A stretch of 64,000 nt of DNA. Origin: an uncultured Candidatus Pelagibacter sp. (lineage in GTDB: Bacteria; Pseudomonadota; Alphaproteobacteria; Paracaedibacterales; CAIOTO01). Numbering within the stretch: the stretch's first letter is position 1; every line of letters starts with the position of its first letter. The stretch is from NCBI GenBank assembly GCA_964415115.1, contig CAYPYB010000006.1, positions 16,325 to 80,324 on the forward strand, written 5' to 3'. Made by a program: the position numbers and the translations under genes. This document shows positions 28,432 through 36,976 of this stretch, piece after piece. Under the pieces are notes generated by a model. That model was given only the letters and a program-made list of their open reading frames with translations. It ran no database searches and was not told the DNA's origin.

Positions 28432-28465
28432 GTGTGAAAAACAAGAAAAACCTTTTCTTTCACAC
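28432..28465 (+). other. Interrupted hairpin between pyrG and rpsP (possible terminator or leader structure)
   Basis: GTGTGA...AAGAAAA-acc-TTTTCTT-TCACAC forms 6+7 bp stems with a left-side bulge. No U-tract follows. Confidence 0.3.
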
Positions 28466-28528
28466 AAAAGAAGTATAGAATATAAAAATTAGTATATGAT
28501 TAAATTATTCCATGTGTAAGGTTAAAGT

Positions 28529-28861
28529 ATGGCATTAAAAATTCGTTTAGCTCGCGGTGGTGCAAAAAAGCGCCCATTTTATAAAATTGTAATCGCTGAA
28601 GCTACATCCCCACGTGATGGTCGTTTCGTTGAACGCGTAGGTTCTTATAACCCCGTTCTAACTGCAGATCACCCAGAAAGAGTTGTTTTGAACCAAGAGA
28701 GAATTCAATACTGGTTAAGTATTGGCGCTCTTCCAACAGACAGAGTTTCTTTATTCTTAACAAAGGCTGGCTTAGTTAAAGATGTTAAAAAATTTAACAA
28801 TCCTACAAAATCACTACCTAAGAAAAAAGCTCAGGAAAGAATGAAAGCAGAACAATCTTAA
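28529..28861 (+). CDS. rpsP: 30S ribosomal protein S16
   Basis: [42 protein letters not shown] is a canonical S16 N-terminus. Confidence 0.95.
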   Translation: MALKIRLARGGAKKRPFYKIVIAEATSPRDGRFVERVGSYNPVLTADHPERVVLNQERIQYWLSIGALPTDRVSLFLTKAGLVKDVKKFNNPTKSLPKKKAQERMKAEQS

Positions 28862-28886
28862 GTTTTTTAAGTCTATCTTTTCTACA

Positions 28887-28921
28887 AGGATATTAGGCAC
28901 AGTGCTGAATATCCTTTTTTT
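28887..28921 (+). terminator. Rho-independent terminator after rpsP
   Basis: AAGGATATT...(GCAC-a-GTGC inner stem)...AATATCCTT is followed by a T-run. Confidence 0.7.
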
Positions 28922-29133
28922 ATTATCAACACTGTATTCATAAATTCTTTGCAATTTCCGTATATGCACTGCCGAATCATTTCTCGTTACAATTATACTT
29001 TTAAAACGATGATAGATCATACAACTATAACTCTCACTTTAAATGTGAAAATTTTGGATTCTAAAAATAGCTTTTTTAAAACATTAAAGATCTAAAAATT
29101 TTGCGTATAAATATCAAAAAAATCATACTCTCT

Positions 29134-29170
29134 AAACAAAAAAGGCTCCAAAACTAAAAGTTTCAGAACC
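29134..29170 (-). terminator. Rho-independent terminator after the 29242..30936 gene
   Basis: On the minus strand GGTTCTGAAAC-tttta-GTTTTGGAGCC forms an 11-bp stem with G-U pairs. TTTTTTGTTT follows it. Confidence 0.6.
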
Positions 29171-29241
29171 TTTCATAACACCATTTTTTATATGTTCACA
29201 TATAATTTTTAGAAAATTTTTATCCTTTTTTCAATTTTTAA

Positions 29242-30936
29242 TTAGCTGACAGCCAAAACGCCGTTATTGTTGCTAAAATTAGTTATTCCGGCACCACTTG
29301 GTAAGAGCAGCCCTTTTTGTGCATCACAACTAAATCCGCCTACTGTTGCAACGTTTGTTGTCGTGACCGTATTATTAGTTACAGCAGGTGTTACAGGTGT
29401 GGGTGAACCAGGCGTTGCTACGGCTGCAACGGGCGGAGTAATTAGAGCAGCAGCATTTTGACTACAACCATAGGTTATGCTCCATTTAACGGCACCAGGA
29501 ACTTTTAAAGATTTACTACTGGCAGCAACCATGTTGCCATTAATATTAACCTTATAAAAGTTGTTTACTCCGTCTTGTCCATAATAATTAATGGTATAGA
29601 TGTTACATCCTGCAGGAAGTTTTCCAAGAATTTGAGGATCTACCATACATGTTTGTCCATCTACATTGGTCAAACTCATTCCAATGTCTTGTTCTGATTT
29701 AGCAATGGGTTTACCTTTTGTATCTACCGTTTTACTATCCGTACCACTCATTTCATTTAAATCACGAGTCATGAAGCTTAGTGCTCCTAATTTTCCGTAC
29801 TGTCTTCCATATTCCATAGCAACACGAGCAGCTGATAATACGGCGTTTCTTTGATCTTCAGAAATATTACCAGGAGCATAATCTCCTATTAATTTATCGA
29901 CAGCAACTTTCACAATATTGGGTTGATTAATCATAAGAGATCGCATCAAAATTTCTTGACGAGCACGAGCTGGATTATCCAGCGCTTTCACAACAGAGCC
30001 TATCGTTCTCATGTTGTATGGAGAATCAGACATTTCTTCCATTGCATTCAAAACACCTTGTATGGTTTCTTTAAGAATAAAATCTTGAATCTTCGAATTA
30101 ATAATATATGGTAACATTTTGTTTAACCCGATTTTTTGATCAAACGTTCCAGAGTCTGATAAAGTCATAGGTATTGGTGCTGCAGGCATTAATCCTGTTG
30201 AACCATCTGCTATGCCTCCTGTTGGTACCATACCAGGAGCAACAGAAACCCCAGAATATCCTCCTGTTGAAATATTGACAGGAGCTATTCCATCCATTGA
30301 TATTGAAGGGCTAATCCCTCCTGCGGTTATAACCGCAGGTGTACCAACCAAAGACGTTGTAGATCCACCTCCACCTGCAGTAATCACCAGACCTGGACCT
30401 CCTCCAGCAGTTGAAACTACACCAGGAGTACCTGTTGTTGAAACTGAACCAGCAGCAATACCTGTTGAAACAACTGAACCTTGCATTACTACGGCACCAG
30501 AAGCACCTGTGGGATTAACTGCTCCAGGAACACCTAAGTTTGTATTTCCTGAAATAGCTACGCTACCTGCTGTTGAGGATGCTGTAGATGACTGTTGTTG
30601 TGCTATGAGAGCTTTTAAATTTTGTGCTGCTATTTGTGCTTGTGCAAACTGTTGATCTGTCGTAGCTGTAGCAGATGAATCTAGACTTGCAGAAGCTGAA
30701 ATGCCTGATGATGAATTCGCAGCTATAGAAGGTGTAACTACAGAAGGTGTAACAACCCCGTTAACAGATGCAACGGCTCCTGTTGGAGCTACCCCTAAAC
30801 TATTTTGACTAGCAAAAATTTCAGTAGAGAATATTCCTAAAGATATATGGCACAGGGCAATATAAGAACTAACGTTCTTTAAATAATTCATTTTTTCTTT
30901 ACTCATTTTTTTTTTCATTTTATTTTCCTTCTGCAC
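29242..30936 (-). CDS. Large secreted protein: G/A/S/T/V-rich low-complexity N-terminal half plus structured C-terminal half
   Basis: It has a signal peptide (YIALCHISLGIFSTEIFASQ) and about 230 aa of G/A/S/T/V low-complexity sequence. An apparently globular region follows, containing four Cys. I recognise no family, and several in-frame ATGs at the 5' end leave the start uncertain. Confidence 0.6.
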   Translation of the reverse strand: MQKENKMKKKMSKEKMNYLKNVSSYIALCHISLGIFSTEIFASQNSLGVAPTGAVASVNGVVTPSVVTPSIAANSSSGISASASLDSSATATTDQQFAQAQIAAQNLKALIAQQQSSTASSTAGSVAISGNTNLGVPGAVNPTGASGAVVMQGSVVSTGIAAGSVSTTGTPGVVSTAGGGPGLVITAGGGGSTTSLVGTPAVITAGGISPSISMDGIAPVNISTGGYSGVSVAPGMVPTGGIADGSTGLMPAAPIPMTLSDSGTFDQKIGLNKMLPYIINSKIQDFILKETIQGVLNAMEEMSDSPYNMRTIGSVVKALDNPARARQEILMRSLMINQPNIVKVAVDKLIGDYAPGNISEDQRNAVLSAARVAMEYGRQYGKLGALSFMTRDLNEMSGTDSKTVDTKGKPIAKSEQDIGMSLTNVDGQTCMVDPQILGKLPAGCNIYTINYYGQDGVNNFYKVNINGNMVAASSKSLKVPGAVKWSITYGCSQNAAALITPPVAAVATPGSPTPVTPAVTNNTVTTTNVATVGGFSCDAQKGLLLPSGAGITNFSNNNGVLAVS

Positions 30937-31107
30937 CTGCTTTATCGAATATTATAACTCTTTCAATAAAGATTCGCTTGATGGTCCATTCATTCATAAA
31001 TTCATCGTAAAAGACAAATATTAAAAAAAAGTTTATTTTCAAAGATATTTTATTTTTTTAATTTTTCATGTTAGAGTCTTTATATTAGCTTAGTATTTAA
31101 AATCTAA

Positions 31108-32352
31108 ATGCATCTTAAACATATGAAAAAATTGGGTTTTAAAGACCTTGAAAACAAATATATTCTTGTGCGTGTCGACTGGAATATCCCAACAAATGCA
31201 GGGTTGATTTCAGATACAACACGAATTACAAGCTCTATTCAAACGATTGAACATCTTGTTCAACACAATGCTAAGGTTTTGATTCTGACACATTTTGGTC
31301 GCCCTCAATGTGCACATGAACAATATAAAGACACACACCAATATGATTTATTTTGTTTTGAAGAAAAATATTCTTTAAAACACCTGAAGGTTGAAATTGA
31401 AAAGACCTTAAAACACCCTCTCCTATTTTTAGGTAATTTGCTAGATCCTACAACTAAAAACAATATTGCAAAGATGAAAGCTGGAGATATCGCTTTATGT
31501 GAAAATGTTAGATTCTATGGTGGTGAAGAAAATAATGATGACACACTTGCCAAAACACTATCTGAATTAGGTGATATTTTTATCAATGATGCTTTTGCCT
31601 GTAGTCATAGATCGCACGTTACAACTGTTGGATTATCAAAATATCTTTCTTCTTATGCAGGATTTAATTTAGCCAATGAAGTCAATCATCTTGAAAAAAT
31701 AACATATTCTCCCCAAAGGCCACTTTGGGCTATTGTGGGTGGTTCTAAAATTTCAACGAAAATCAACATTTTAAAATCTCTTATTCAAAAAGTAGATGGC
31801 ATCATTATAAGTGGTGCTATGGCGCATACCTTTATGAAGGCTAAAGGCTTGTCGATAGGCAATTCTCTATGGGAGCCTAACCACCTGGAGACGGCTTTAG
31901 ATATTTTAAAACAAGGCCCTTGTGAAATTGTATTACCCATCGATGGTTTTGGCTGTGAATCATTATCTGAAAAACCTCAACTCTTTAGCATGAACACTAT
32001 TCCAGAAAATAAATGTTTTTTTGATATAGGACCAGAAAGTTTTAAACTATTTGAGGAAAAACTAAAAAATGCACGTACTATTCTTTGGAATGGTCCATCT
32101 GGTGTTTTTGAACAACCACCTTACGATTGGGGAAGCATGCAAATAGCACAACTGTGTGCAAATTTGACTTCCACACATGGAGTCATCACTTTAGCAGGTG
32201 GCGGAGATACGCTTGCGGCATTATCCAAAACTCAAGAATATTTTGGTATCAATTATAGCAAAAACTTTTCTTTTTTATCTACTGGAGGCGGATCTTTTTT
32301 AGAATGGATTGAAAAAGGAATGCTACCTGGGATAGAACCCCTTTATGAATAG
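31108..32352 (+). CDS. pgk: Phosphoglycerate kinase
   Basis: ILVRVDWNIP, FINDAFACSHRSH and GGGDT are canonical Pgk motifs. Confidence 0.95.
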   Translation: MHLKHMKKLGFKDLENKYILVRVDWNIPTNAGLISDTTRITSSIQTIEHLVQHNAKVLILTHFGRPQCAHEQYKDTHQYDLFCFEEKYSLKHLKVEIEKTLKHPLLFLGNLLDPTTKNNIAKMKAGDIALCENVRFYGGEENNDDTLAKTLSELGDIFINDAFACSHRSHVTTVGLSKYLSSYAGFNLANEVNHLEKITYSPQRPLWAIVGGSKISTKINILKSLIQKVDGIIISGAMAHTFMKAKGLSIGNSLWEPNHLETALDILKQGPCEIVLPIDGFGCESLSEKPQLFSMNTIPENKCFFDIGPESFKLFEEKLKNARTILWNGPSGVFEQPPYDWGSMQIAQLCANLTSTHGVITLAGGGDTLAALSKTQEYFGINYSKNFSFLSTGGGSFLEWIEKGMLPGIEPLYE

Positions 32353-32876
32353 CGACGGATTATAGATTTAAGAACTCCAAAGATTGTAATTTCTGAATCT
32401 TGCAGTATTTGAATATCCGAAACATCAGGATGATGAGCCTTTAAAAATGTGGGACCATTATCCACCACATATTGCTTTAAAGTATAGCCACCATTAACAT
32501 AGGCAATCACAATATCGTTTGATAGGGGTTTTTTATTTTTTTCAATTAAGGCAAGATCCCCATCATATATTCCTAGGCCTATCATAGAATCACCGGAAAC
32601 TGTGATTGCTACCGTATTTTGGTTATTTTTCATGAACTTATTGATATCAATAAAGATCTTTTCATCTTCTTCAAATGAAAAAGGCTCTCCTGCTGAAACA
32701 TAAATATTGGAATAAGGTATAGGCACATCAAAGCAAAAATCACCTTTGATGTATTCTTTTATTTCATTTTCTTTACTGGACGGGATTCTTATCGTTTTGG
32801 TTTTCTCACCATATTGGCCAGAATTAATTTTTCTACCTGCACCTTGACGTGCTCCACCTCTTGTTTTTTGATTCAT
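32343..32876 (-). CDS. S24-family (LexA/UmuD-like) autopeptidase with atypical Arg/Gly-rich N-terminus
   Basis: It has a UmuD-like core: an Ala-Gly site in VSAGEPF, the catalytic Ser in VSGDSMIGLGIYDGDLALI, and Lys in GGYTLKQY. The N-terminus RGGARQGAGRK stands where an HTH would be. Confidence 0.75.
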   Translation of the reverse strand: MNQKTRGGARQGAGRKINSGQYGEKTKTIRIPSSKENEIKEYIKGDFCFDVPIPYSNIYVSAGEPFSFEEDEKIFIDINKFMKNNQNTVAITVSGDSMIGLGIYDGDLALIEKNKKPLSNDIVIAYVNGGYTLKQYVVDNGPTFLKAHHPDVSDIQILQDSEITIFGVLKSIIRRYS

Positions 32877-32970
32877 AATAACTAAATATTGCCTTTGAAA
32901 TTACATCAATAAATTTAAAACTATGATAAAAGGTATAGATAAAAAAAATATTAACTTAACTTATGGAACA

Positions 32971-33816
32971 TCAGTTATAGGCAATAAATTGTTCTTGAAT
33001 AATTCGCTGGTCAAGATGATGGTCTGGATCAAAGAGTAAAGAATAGTAATTTTGGTGCTCTTTAAAAATTTTCACACTGATCACATGGGCAATAGAAAAT
33101 GAATCTACTGTTGCATACACGGGACGTGTTTGGTTTTTTTGAACTTTTAATTCGATATAAGTGTCATCCGATAAAATAGCACCAGGCCATCTACGTGGTC
33201 TAAATGCATGCAAAGGTGTAACAGCCAAAGATCTTGAATTAAGAGGTAAAATAGGCCCTCCTGCAGAAAAGTTATAGGCACCACTACCTGCAGGTGTAGA
33301 GACTAAAACCCCGTCACCTATTAATTGTTCTAAAACCATTTGGTTGTTCACATGAATTTGCAAAATACATGCTTGTGGTGATTCTCTCATCAACGTAACT
33401 TCATTAATTGCCTTTTTTAAAATCCTCTCTCCAGACTCTAATAAAATTTCTGCATTCAAAGGTGGTAGAGAACAAGATACAGATTTTTCAATCCATAGTG
33501 ATAGTTGAGATATTTTTTCTTTATCCACATGATTTAACAAAAAGCCAACCGTACCACAGTTAATTCCATACAAAGGAATAGATCCTACATGATTGGATAT
33601 CTTTATATTTTCATGCTCATATAAGGAATGAAGAGTATGTAACATCCAACCGTCCCCCCCAACAACAATTCCATGTGTTGCATCTGGTAGAGGAAAATCT
33701 TCATATAGACTTAATAGGAAGGGTTTCAAATCTTGCGCAGATTGATCGGGAGAGAAAAAAAAGTGAGGCCGAAAACCTAATAGATTAGATGCAGATTCCA
33801 TAATCCCTTTTATCAT
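32971..33816 (-). CDS. nadK: NAD kinase
   Basis: The GGDGWMLHTL (GGDG) motif and the conserved NEV..., TPAGSGAYNFSAGGPI regions are present. Confidence 0.9.
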   Translation of the reverse strand: MIKGIMESASNLLGFRPHFFFSPDQSAQDLKPFLLSLYEDFPLPDATHGIVVGGDGWMLHTLHSLYEHENIKISNHVGSIPLYGINCGTVGFLLNHVDKEKISQLSLWIEKSVSCSLPPLNAEILLESGERILKKAINEVTLMRESPQACILQIHVNNQMVLEQLIGDGVLVSTPAGSGAYNFSAGGPILPLNSRSLAVTPLHAFRPRRWPGAILSDDTYIELKVQKNQTRPVYATVDSFSIAHVISVKIFKEHQNYYSLLFDPDHHLDQRIIQEQFIAYN

Positions 33817-33835
33817 TTTTTAACCACGTATATTA

Positions 33836-34897
33836 TTACACATGATTCGAATTCACGAATCCTGATGCTAGGTCAAGTGCTAAACGTTTTAAAATTGCGC
33901 TATACCATTCTGTTTTTTTAATTTGGCTTAAATTTGAATTTTGCCCTTCATAATCAAATGGAAATAGAGGTAAGTCAAATGGTTCGCATAATTTTTTCAT
34001 CAAAGAAGGTGGTTGTGATTGCTCAGGTGTATTTGAAAATCCTGCATAGAAAAAACACTTCAACGCTTTTTCTTGCCTGTTCAAGTTGAGTTCTGCATCC
34101 AAATTTTTAACGTGTTTAATAGAAGGTGCCACCCCTTCGTCATTTGACATGACACCACGAATATCAAAGCCATAAGCTTTTTCCCAATACTGCAAACTAT
34201 CGTGGTCAGAAAAAGCCGATTTATTTTTCACAGGTTCTAGAATAAAACGAATATTAATTTCTAATTCATCTAGATTTTTCAACGTCCTATACAAATTCTC
34301 TTTAAGTTTTTGATCAAGGTGAGGCCATTTTTTGAGCATCAACGCAGTCAAATGAACGCAACAATCTTTTGCATGAGGAATAGAAATAAAAAAATGAGCA
34401 TCTACATTAGAATGACTGTGATGATCTTCTCCAGCTTCATGATCATGCGCACACCCTGGAAACAATCCCCCTCTGCGTTTGGGTAGTAAATTCAACGTAG
34501 GTGTTTGTTGTAAAGCAAATTGTTTTATATCCCCAAAGCGTTCTGACATTTCAGATGAAGGCTCTATAAAAATCTTTTCTACAACTTTTGCTAAACTATA
34601 CTCATAATCTTTTCCAACCCACACAAAGAAATCAGCTTGAGATAATACATTATACTGACGGGGGGAAAGCATCATATGGTGACTACTTGATTGGGATGAA
34701 TTTAACAATTCAGGCTCTGTAATACCATCTAAAAGCATGGCTAAAAGTCCTACAACTGGACGATTGCTACCAACTACCTTTATCTGAACCTTTTCAACTT
34801 TTTGCTCACTTTTGCTATCCTGCTCGTCGCAATGAGGATAAGAACAAAAGATAAAGCAGAATATGATGTATAGAGGGAATAATTTATTTTTTAGCAT
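33836..34897 (-). CDS. znuA: Zinc/metal ABC transporter substrate-binding protein (ZnuA/TroA family)
   Basis: It has a signal peptide and the ZnuA-type His/acidic loop HDHEAGEDHHSHSNVDAHF. The ATG at 34897 is preferred over the TTG at 34903. Confidence 0.8.
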   Translation of the reverse strand: MLKNKLFPLYIIFCFIFCSYPHCDEQDSKSEQKVEKVQIKVVGSNRPVVGLLAMLLDGITEPELLNSSQSSSHHMMLSPRQYNVLSQADFFVWVGKDYEYSLAKVVEKIFIEPSSEMSERFGDIKQFALQQTPTLNLLPKRRGGLFPGCAHDHEAGEDHHSHSNVDAHFFISIPHAKDCCVHLTALMLKKWPHLDQKLKENLYRTLKNLDELEINIRFILEPVKNKSAFSDHDSLQYWEKAYGFDIRGVMSNDEGVAPSIKHVKNLDAELNLNRQEKALKCFFYAGFSNTPEQSQPPSLMKKLCEPFDLPLFPFDYEGQNSNLSQIKKTEWYSAILKRLALDLASGFVNSNHV

Positions 34898-34902
34898 ACC
34901 CA

Positions 34903-34915
34903 AATATTGATTAAA
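34903..34915 (+). repeat. 13-bp direct repeat copy 1 (AATATTGATTAAA)
   Basis: This is an exact copy of 36342..36354 in the same orientation. It lies 119 nt beyond the integrase stop. Confidence 0.5.
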
Positions 34916-34927
34916 ATAGATTACTAT

Positions 34928-34939
34928 AATGATATCATT
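34928..34939. promoter_or_regulatory. Perfect 12-bp palindrome AATGATATCATT upstream of znuA (Fur/Zur-family operator-like)
   Basis: It resembles the AATGAT/ATCATT half-sites of Fur-family boxes. It lies 31-42 nt upstream of the znuA ATG. Confidence 0.35.
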
Positions 34940-35034
34940 TTTTTTTATATTTTTACATAATTTTAAAATTTGCCATCGGATATGTAAGAGACTTTGATTA
35001 TTGATAAGGACAAGAATCCTTCATCGAAAAACTA

Positions 35035-36333
35035 TTAGAACGTAAGTTTTTTATTTTTAGCACTTTGTGCTCTTTCCAAAAGATCTACATCAATATATCG
35101 ATCTGTTGTCATACTGGAACTATGACCCGCATCATCGCGAACATGTTCTCTGGGTCTAATTTTTACATCTTCTGAAATACCCGTATGACGCAACCAGTGA
35201 ACCGTAGCATGCCTTAGATTAACAGCTTCTTCATTTTCATTTTGATGTTTCAATATTTCAAAAGCTTTATCAAAACATATTTGTATATGCTGACGCACTA
35301 AACGTGTACTCGATAAAGCCCCTTTTCCTTTAACTTTTTCGATAAGAGGTGTATTTTCACCCAACACTGGCAATGCATCCAATCCTCTTTTAATTCTATA
35401 TTTTTTTAAACATTCTAATGTTTCATCACTAACAGCTATAATTCTTTTCTTGTTACCTTTACCAACCGTTTGAAACCACCAGTTACCTTGGCTGTCTTTA
35501 TAAAAATCAGACATTACAGGATTCCAACGCTTTGAAGCTGTCATTTCAGATATCCTAAGATATAATCCAAAAAGAAGATGAATCATAAATTCTGTGCGTT
35601 CATCGATGCGTGAATCATCATGACTTAACGTTTGACATGCTTCTAATACAGCATTCCACTGAATACGGGATAATCTTCGAACAGGTCTTTTAAAAGACTC
35701 CTTAACGATAAATTTACTTTTCTGACGTATTTGTTTGACAGGATTGACGGTGTTTAGTTCCATATGAATTAAATTTTCATAAAACGAACTTATAATACTA
35801 AAAGTCTGCTTTAATGCTGAGCTCGAAAAATTAAATTTCTCTTTTTCAGGAACATGCCCATTTTTAAAGTCAGCCTTTTTAACCTTTACCACAAAAGGTT
35901 TCCATTCTGGATGTGAAACTTTAGAAGTATTTATCCATAAATATCTTGAAACAACTTTTTCACCTATCCAATTTTTAGGTGGGTTTTGGCAAAATTCGAT
36001 GAACTCTTCAAGATGATTTTTTTTGATTTTTTTTAAATATGAATTTTTAACAAACCACGTCCATTGAATGAATCTGTCTAATTCTCTTCTATAAGCATTG
36101 AATGTTTCAGAACTGCCTCTGTATTCATACAGAAATAAATGAGCACAAAAATAATCGAACACATGTTCATCCGTAAGAACAATATCGGTTAGCTGATAGA
36201 GATGATCCAAATGTTTTTTGGCTATTTCTTTTGTAAACGGATTTTCATAATCTGCATGCATATGCACATGATGATCCAAAGTATCAAACAAGGGTAGAGG
36301 CTTATATTCTCTATTTTTTTTCTTATCCGTCAT
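35035..36333 (-). CDS. Tyrosine recombinase / phage-type integrase
   Basis: The catalytic residues are in context: LRISE (Arg), HWLRHT (HxxR), GHSS (His) and TDRYI (Tyr). A SAM-like N-terminal domain is present. Confidence 0.9.
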   Translation of the reverse strand: MTDKKKNREYKPLPLFDTLDHHVHMHADYENPFTKEIAKKHLDHLYQLTDIVLTDEHVFDYFCAHLFLYEYRGSSETFNAYRRELDRFIQWTWFVKNSYLKKIKKNHLEEFIEFCQNPPKNWIGEKVVSRYLWINTSKVSHPEWKPFVVKVKKADFKNGHVPEKEKFNFSSSALKQTFSIISSFYENLIHMELNTVNPVKQIRQKSKFIVKESFKRPVRRLSRIQWNAVLEACQTLSHDDSRIDERTEFMIHLLFGLYLRISEMTASKRWNPVMSDFYKDSQGNWWFQTVGKGNKKRIIAVSDETLECLKKYRIKRGLDALPVLGENTPLIEKVKGKGALSSTRLVRQHIQICFDKAFEILKHQNENEEAVNLRHATVHWLRHTGISEDVKIRPREHVRDDAGHSSSMTTDRYIDVDLLERAQSAKNKKLTF

Positions 36334-36341
36334 CTATTTTT

Positions 36342-36354
36342 AATATTGATTAAA
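36342..36354 (+). repeat. 13-bp direct repeat copy 2 (AATATTGATTAAA)
   Basis: This is an exact copy of 34903..34915. It lies 8 nt upstream of the integrase start codon. Confidence 0.5.
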
Positions 36355-36491
36355 TTTTCATAAAAATTATTTTAAATTTAGTAATTTGTTAACCTCTATA
36401 ATTCACCATTTATGTATAAACAAAATTATATTGAATGGTCAGTATCGTGATTAAAAAATGTGTACAACAAAGCATTTCTGCATGGGCAAAG

Positions 36492-36929
36492 ATGGTTGTA
36501 TATAAATTTTTATGGATTTGTATTCTACACTCTTTTGCTACTGCACAAACTGCTCTTAATAATAAAGATTCACAAGCCAAAGATCAAAGCTTAATTCCAA
36601 CTGTAACAGATATTCCAAGTACGTTCACATTTCGTGCAAGCTGCATCAAAAAAACATATGTCGATGGATTTTATAAAAGACAACTGAATGAGCCTGCTTT
36701 AAAACGTAACGAAGATGGTATTTACACCCTTTATGCAACATGTCTAAACGGGTTAGGTGTTCCTACAGATACCAAATTAAAGCTAAAACTAATTATTCGT
36801 TACATTGGTGAAGTTAGAACCATCAGTATCAGATCTATTGTAGATAGCTCTAAAAGATACAGAAACTGTGCTGACGTTTCAAACAGAAATGGTACTCTAG
36901 AATGCATTCCTGCATCTGCAAATAAATAA
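36492..36929 (+). CDS. Hypothetical secreted protein upstream of flgI
   Basis: It has a signal peptide (MVVYKFLWICILHSFATAQ) and four Cys. It ends 47 nt before flgI on the same strand. I recognise no family. Confidence 0.45.
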   Translation: MVVYKFLWICILHSFATAQTALNNKDSQAKDQSLIPTVTDIPSTFTFRASCIKKTYVDGFYKRQLNEPALKRNEDGIYTLYATCLNGLGVPTDTKLKLKLIIRYIGEVRTISIRSIVDSSKRYRNCADVSNRNGTLECIPASANK

Positions 36930-36976
36930 CATCCTCAAAGAGGATAAAAACAAGCAGAGAGGCTTTTGGACATACG

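Larger units (their letters stand above)
34903..36354 (-). mobile_element. Candidate integrase-only integrated unit or remnant bounded by 13-bp direct repeats
   Basis: The direct repeats bracket a 1.45-kb segment whose only gene is the integrase. Confidence 0.3.

Noticed and set aside
28814-29020. 68-aa minus-strand ORF in the rpsP downstream spacer
   Set aside because: It overlaps the rpsP 3' end and its terminator hairpin, and it has no start context or similarity.
30212-30655. 147-aa P/V/T/A-rich ORF on the plus strand
   Set aside because: It is the antisense mirror of the G/A/S/T-rich low-complexity region of the 29242..30936 gene. Repetitive GC-rich codons keep the opposite strand open. 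It has no start context or terminator of its own.
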